A stretch of 32,000 nt of DNA from Gemmata obscuriglobus (GTDB lineage Bacteria > Planctomycetota > Planctomycetia > Gemmatales > Gemmataceae): the NCBI RefSeq assembly GCF_008065095.1, contig NZ_CP042911.1, positions 1,320,001 to 1,352,000 on the forward strand. Reading direction: 5' to 3'. The notes beneath the pieces are model-generated. The model was not told the DNA's origin, searched no databases, and was given only the letters and a program-made list of their open reading frames with translations. Position numbers and translations under genes: made by a program. This document shows, piece after piece, positions 31,967 through 32,000 of the stretch. Positions within the stretch are counted from its first letter, which is position 1. Each line of letters starts with the position of its first letter.

Positions 31967-32000
31967 GCCGAACGAACAGCTCACCTGCACCGCCATCACC
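31967..32000 (-). repeat. attC-like repeat 27 (cut by window edge)
   Basis: GCCGAACGAACAGCTCACCTGCACCGCCATCACC is the left arm and the beginning of a type-a loop. Confidence 0.7.

Larger units (their letters stand above)
18252..32000 (-). other. Integron-type gene-cassette array (attC-like repeats 1-27; continues past the window edge)
   Basis: 27 co-oriented ~90-nt imperfect palindromes alternate 1:1 with 26 short units. All ORFs are on the minus strand. See the individual features and findings. Confidence 0.75.

Noticed and set aside
18252-32000. CRISPR array interpretation of the regularly spaced repeats
   Set aside because: The repeats are ~90 nt long palindromes rather than 24-48 nt. 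The 'spacers' are 144-730 bp and mostly contain complete ORFs with SD and start codons. No cas genes are present.
18252-32000. REP/BIME or MITE interpretation of the 91-nt palindromes
   Set aside because: All 27 copies share one orientation, with the bulged bases always on the same arm. They alternate strictly 1:1 with single co-oriented short ORFs. Divergent copies keep the pairing through compensatory changes. These features fit recombination sites better than randomly inserted elements. Genome-wide distribution is still needed to be certain.

Overview
High-GC window, roughly 65-70% G+C by eye, with the hallmarks of a planctomycete (Gemmataceae-like) chromosome: a DUF1549/DUF1553 protein, three DUF1559 'prepilin N-terminus / H-X9-DG' genes, and a ~1,700-aa PVC-type heme/copper multidomain protein. 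Positions 1-16.2 kb are ordinary chromosome. Two things stand out there: two near-identical cobalamin riboswitches, each in front of a DUF1559 gene, and a 161-bp palindromic element sitting in frame inside a COG0523/CobW-type GTPase gene. Positions 16.2-18.2 kb are IS debris (a 5'-truncated IS110-family transposase and a possible IS4 fragment). From 18,252 to the right edge (>13.7 kb) the sequence looks like an integron-type gene-cassette array read on the minus strand. It holds 27 co-oriented ~90-nt attC-like imperfect palindromes (GCCGAAC...GTTCGGC) alternating 1:1 with short promoterless units. These units are 18 single-ORF cassettes (SUKH/SMI1-KNR4 and Imm22-like immunity proteins, an S21-like protein, many orphans), two tiny ORF-less cassettes, and six copies of an unusual 334-360-bp ORF-less low-complexity cassette built from 101-102-nt tandem units. 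One IS3-family element is inserted in the array. No integrase or attI is in the window; the orientation predicts them beyond position 32,000. I saw no rRNA, tRNA or CRISPR array. All family calls come from motif recognition by eye, not from searches.
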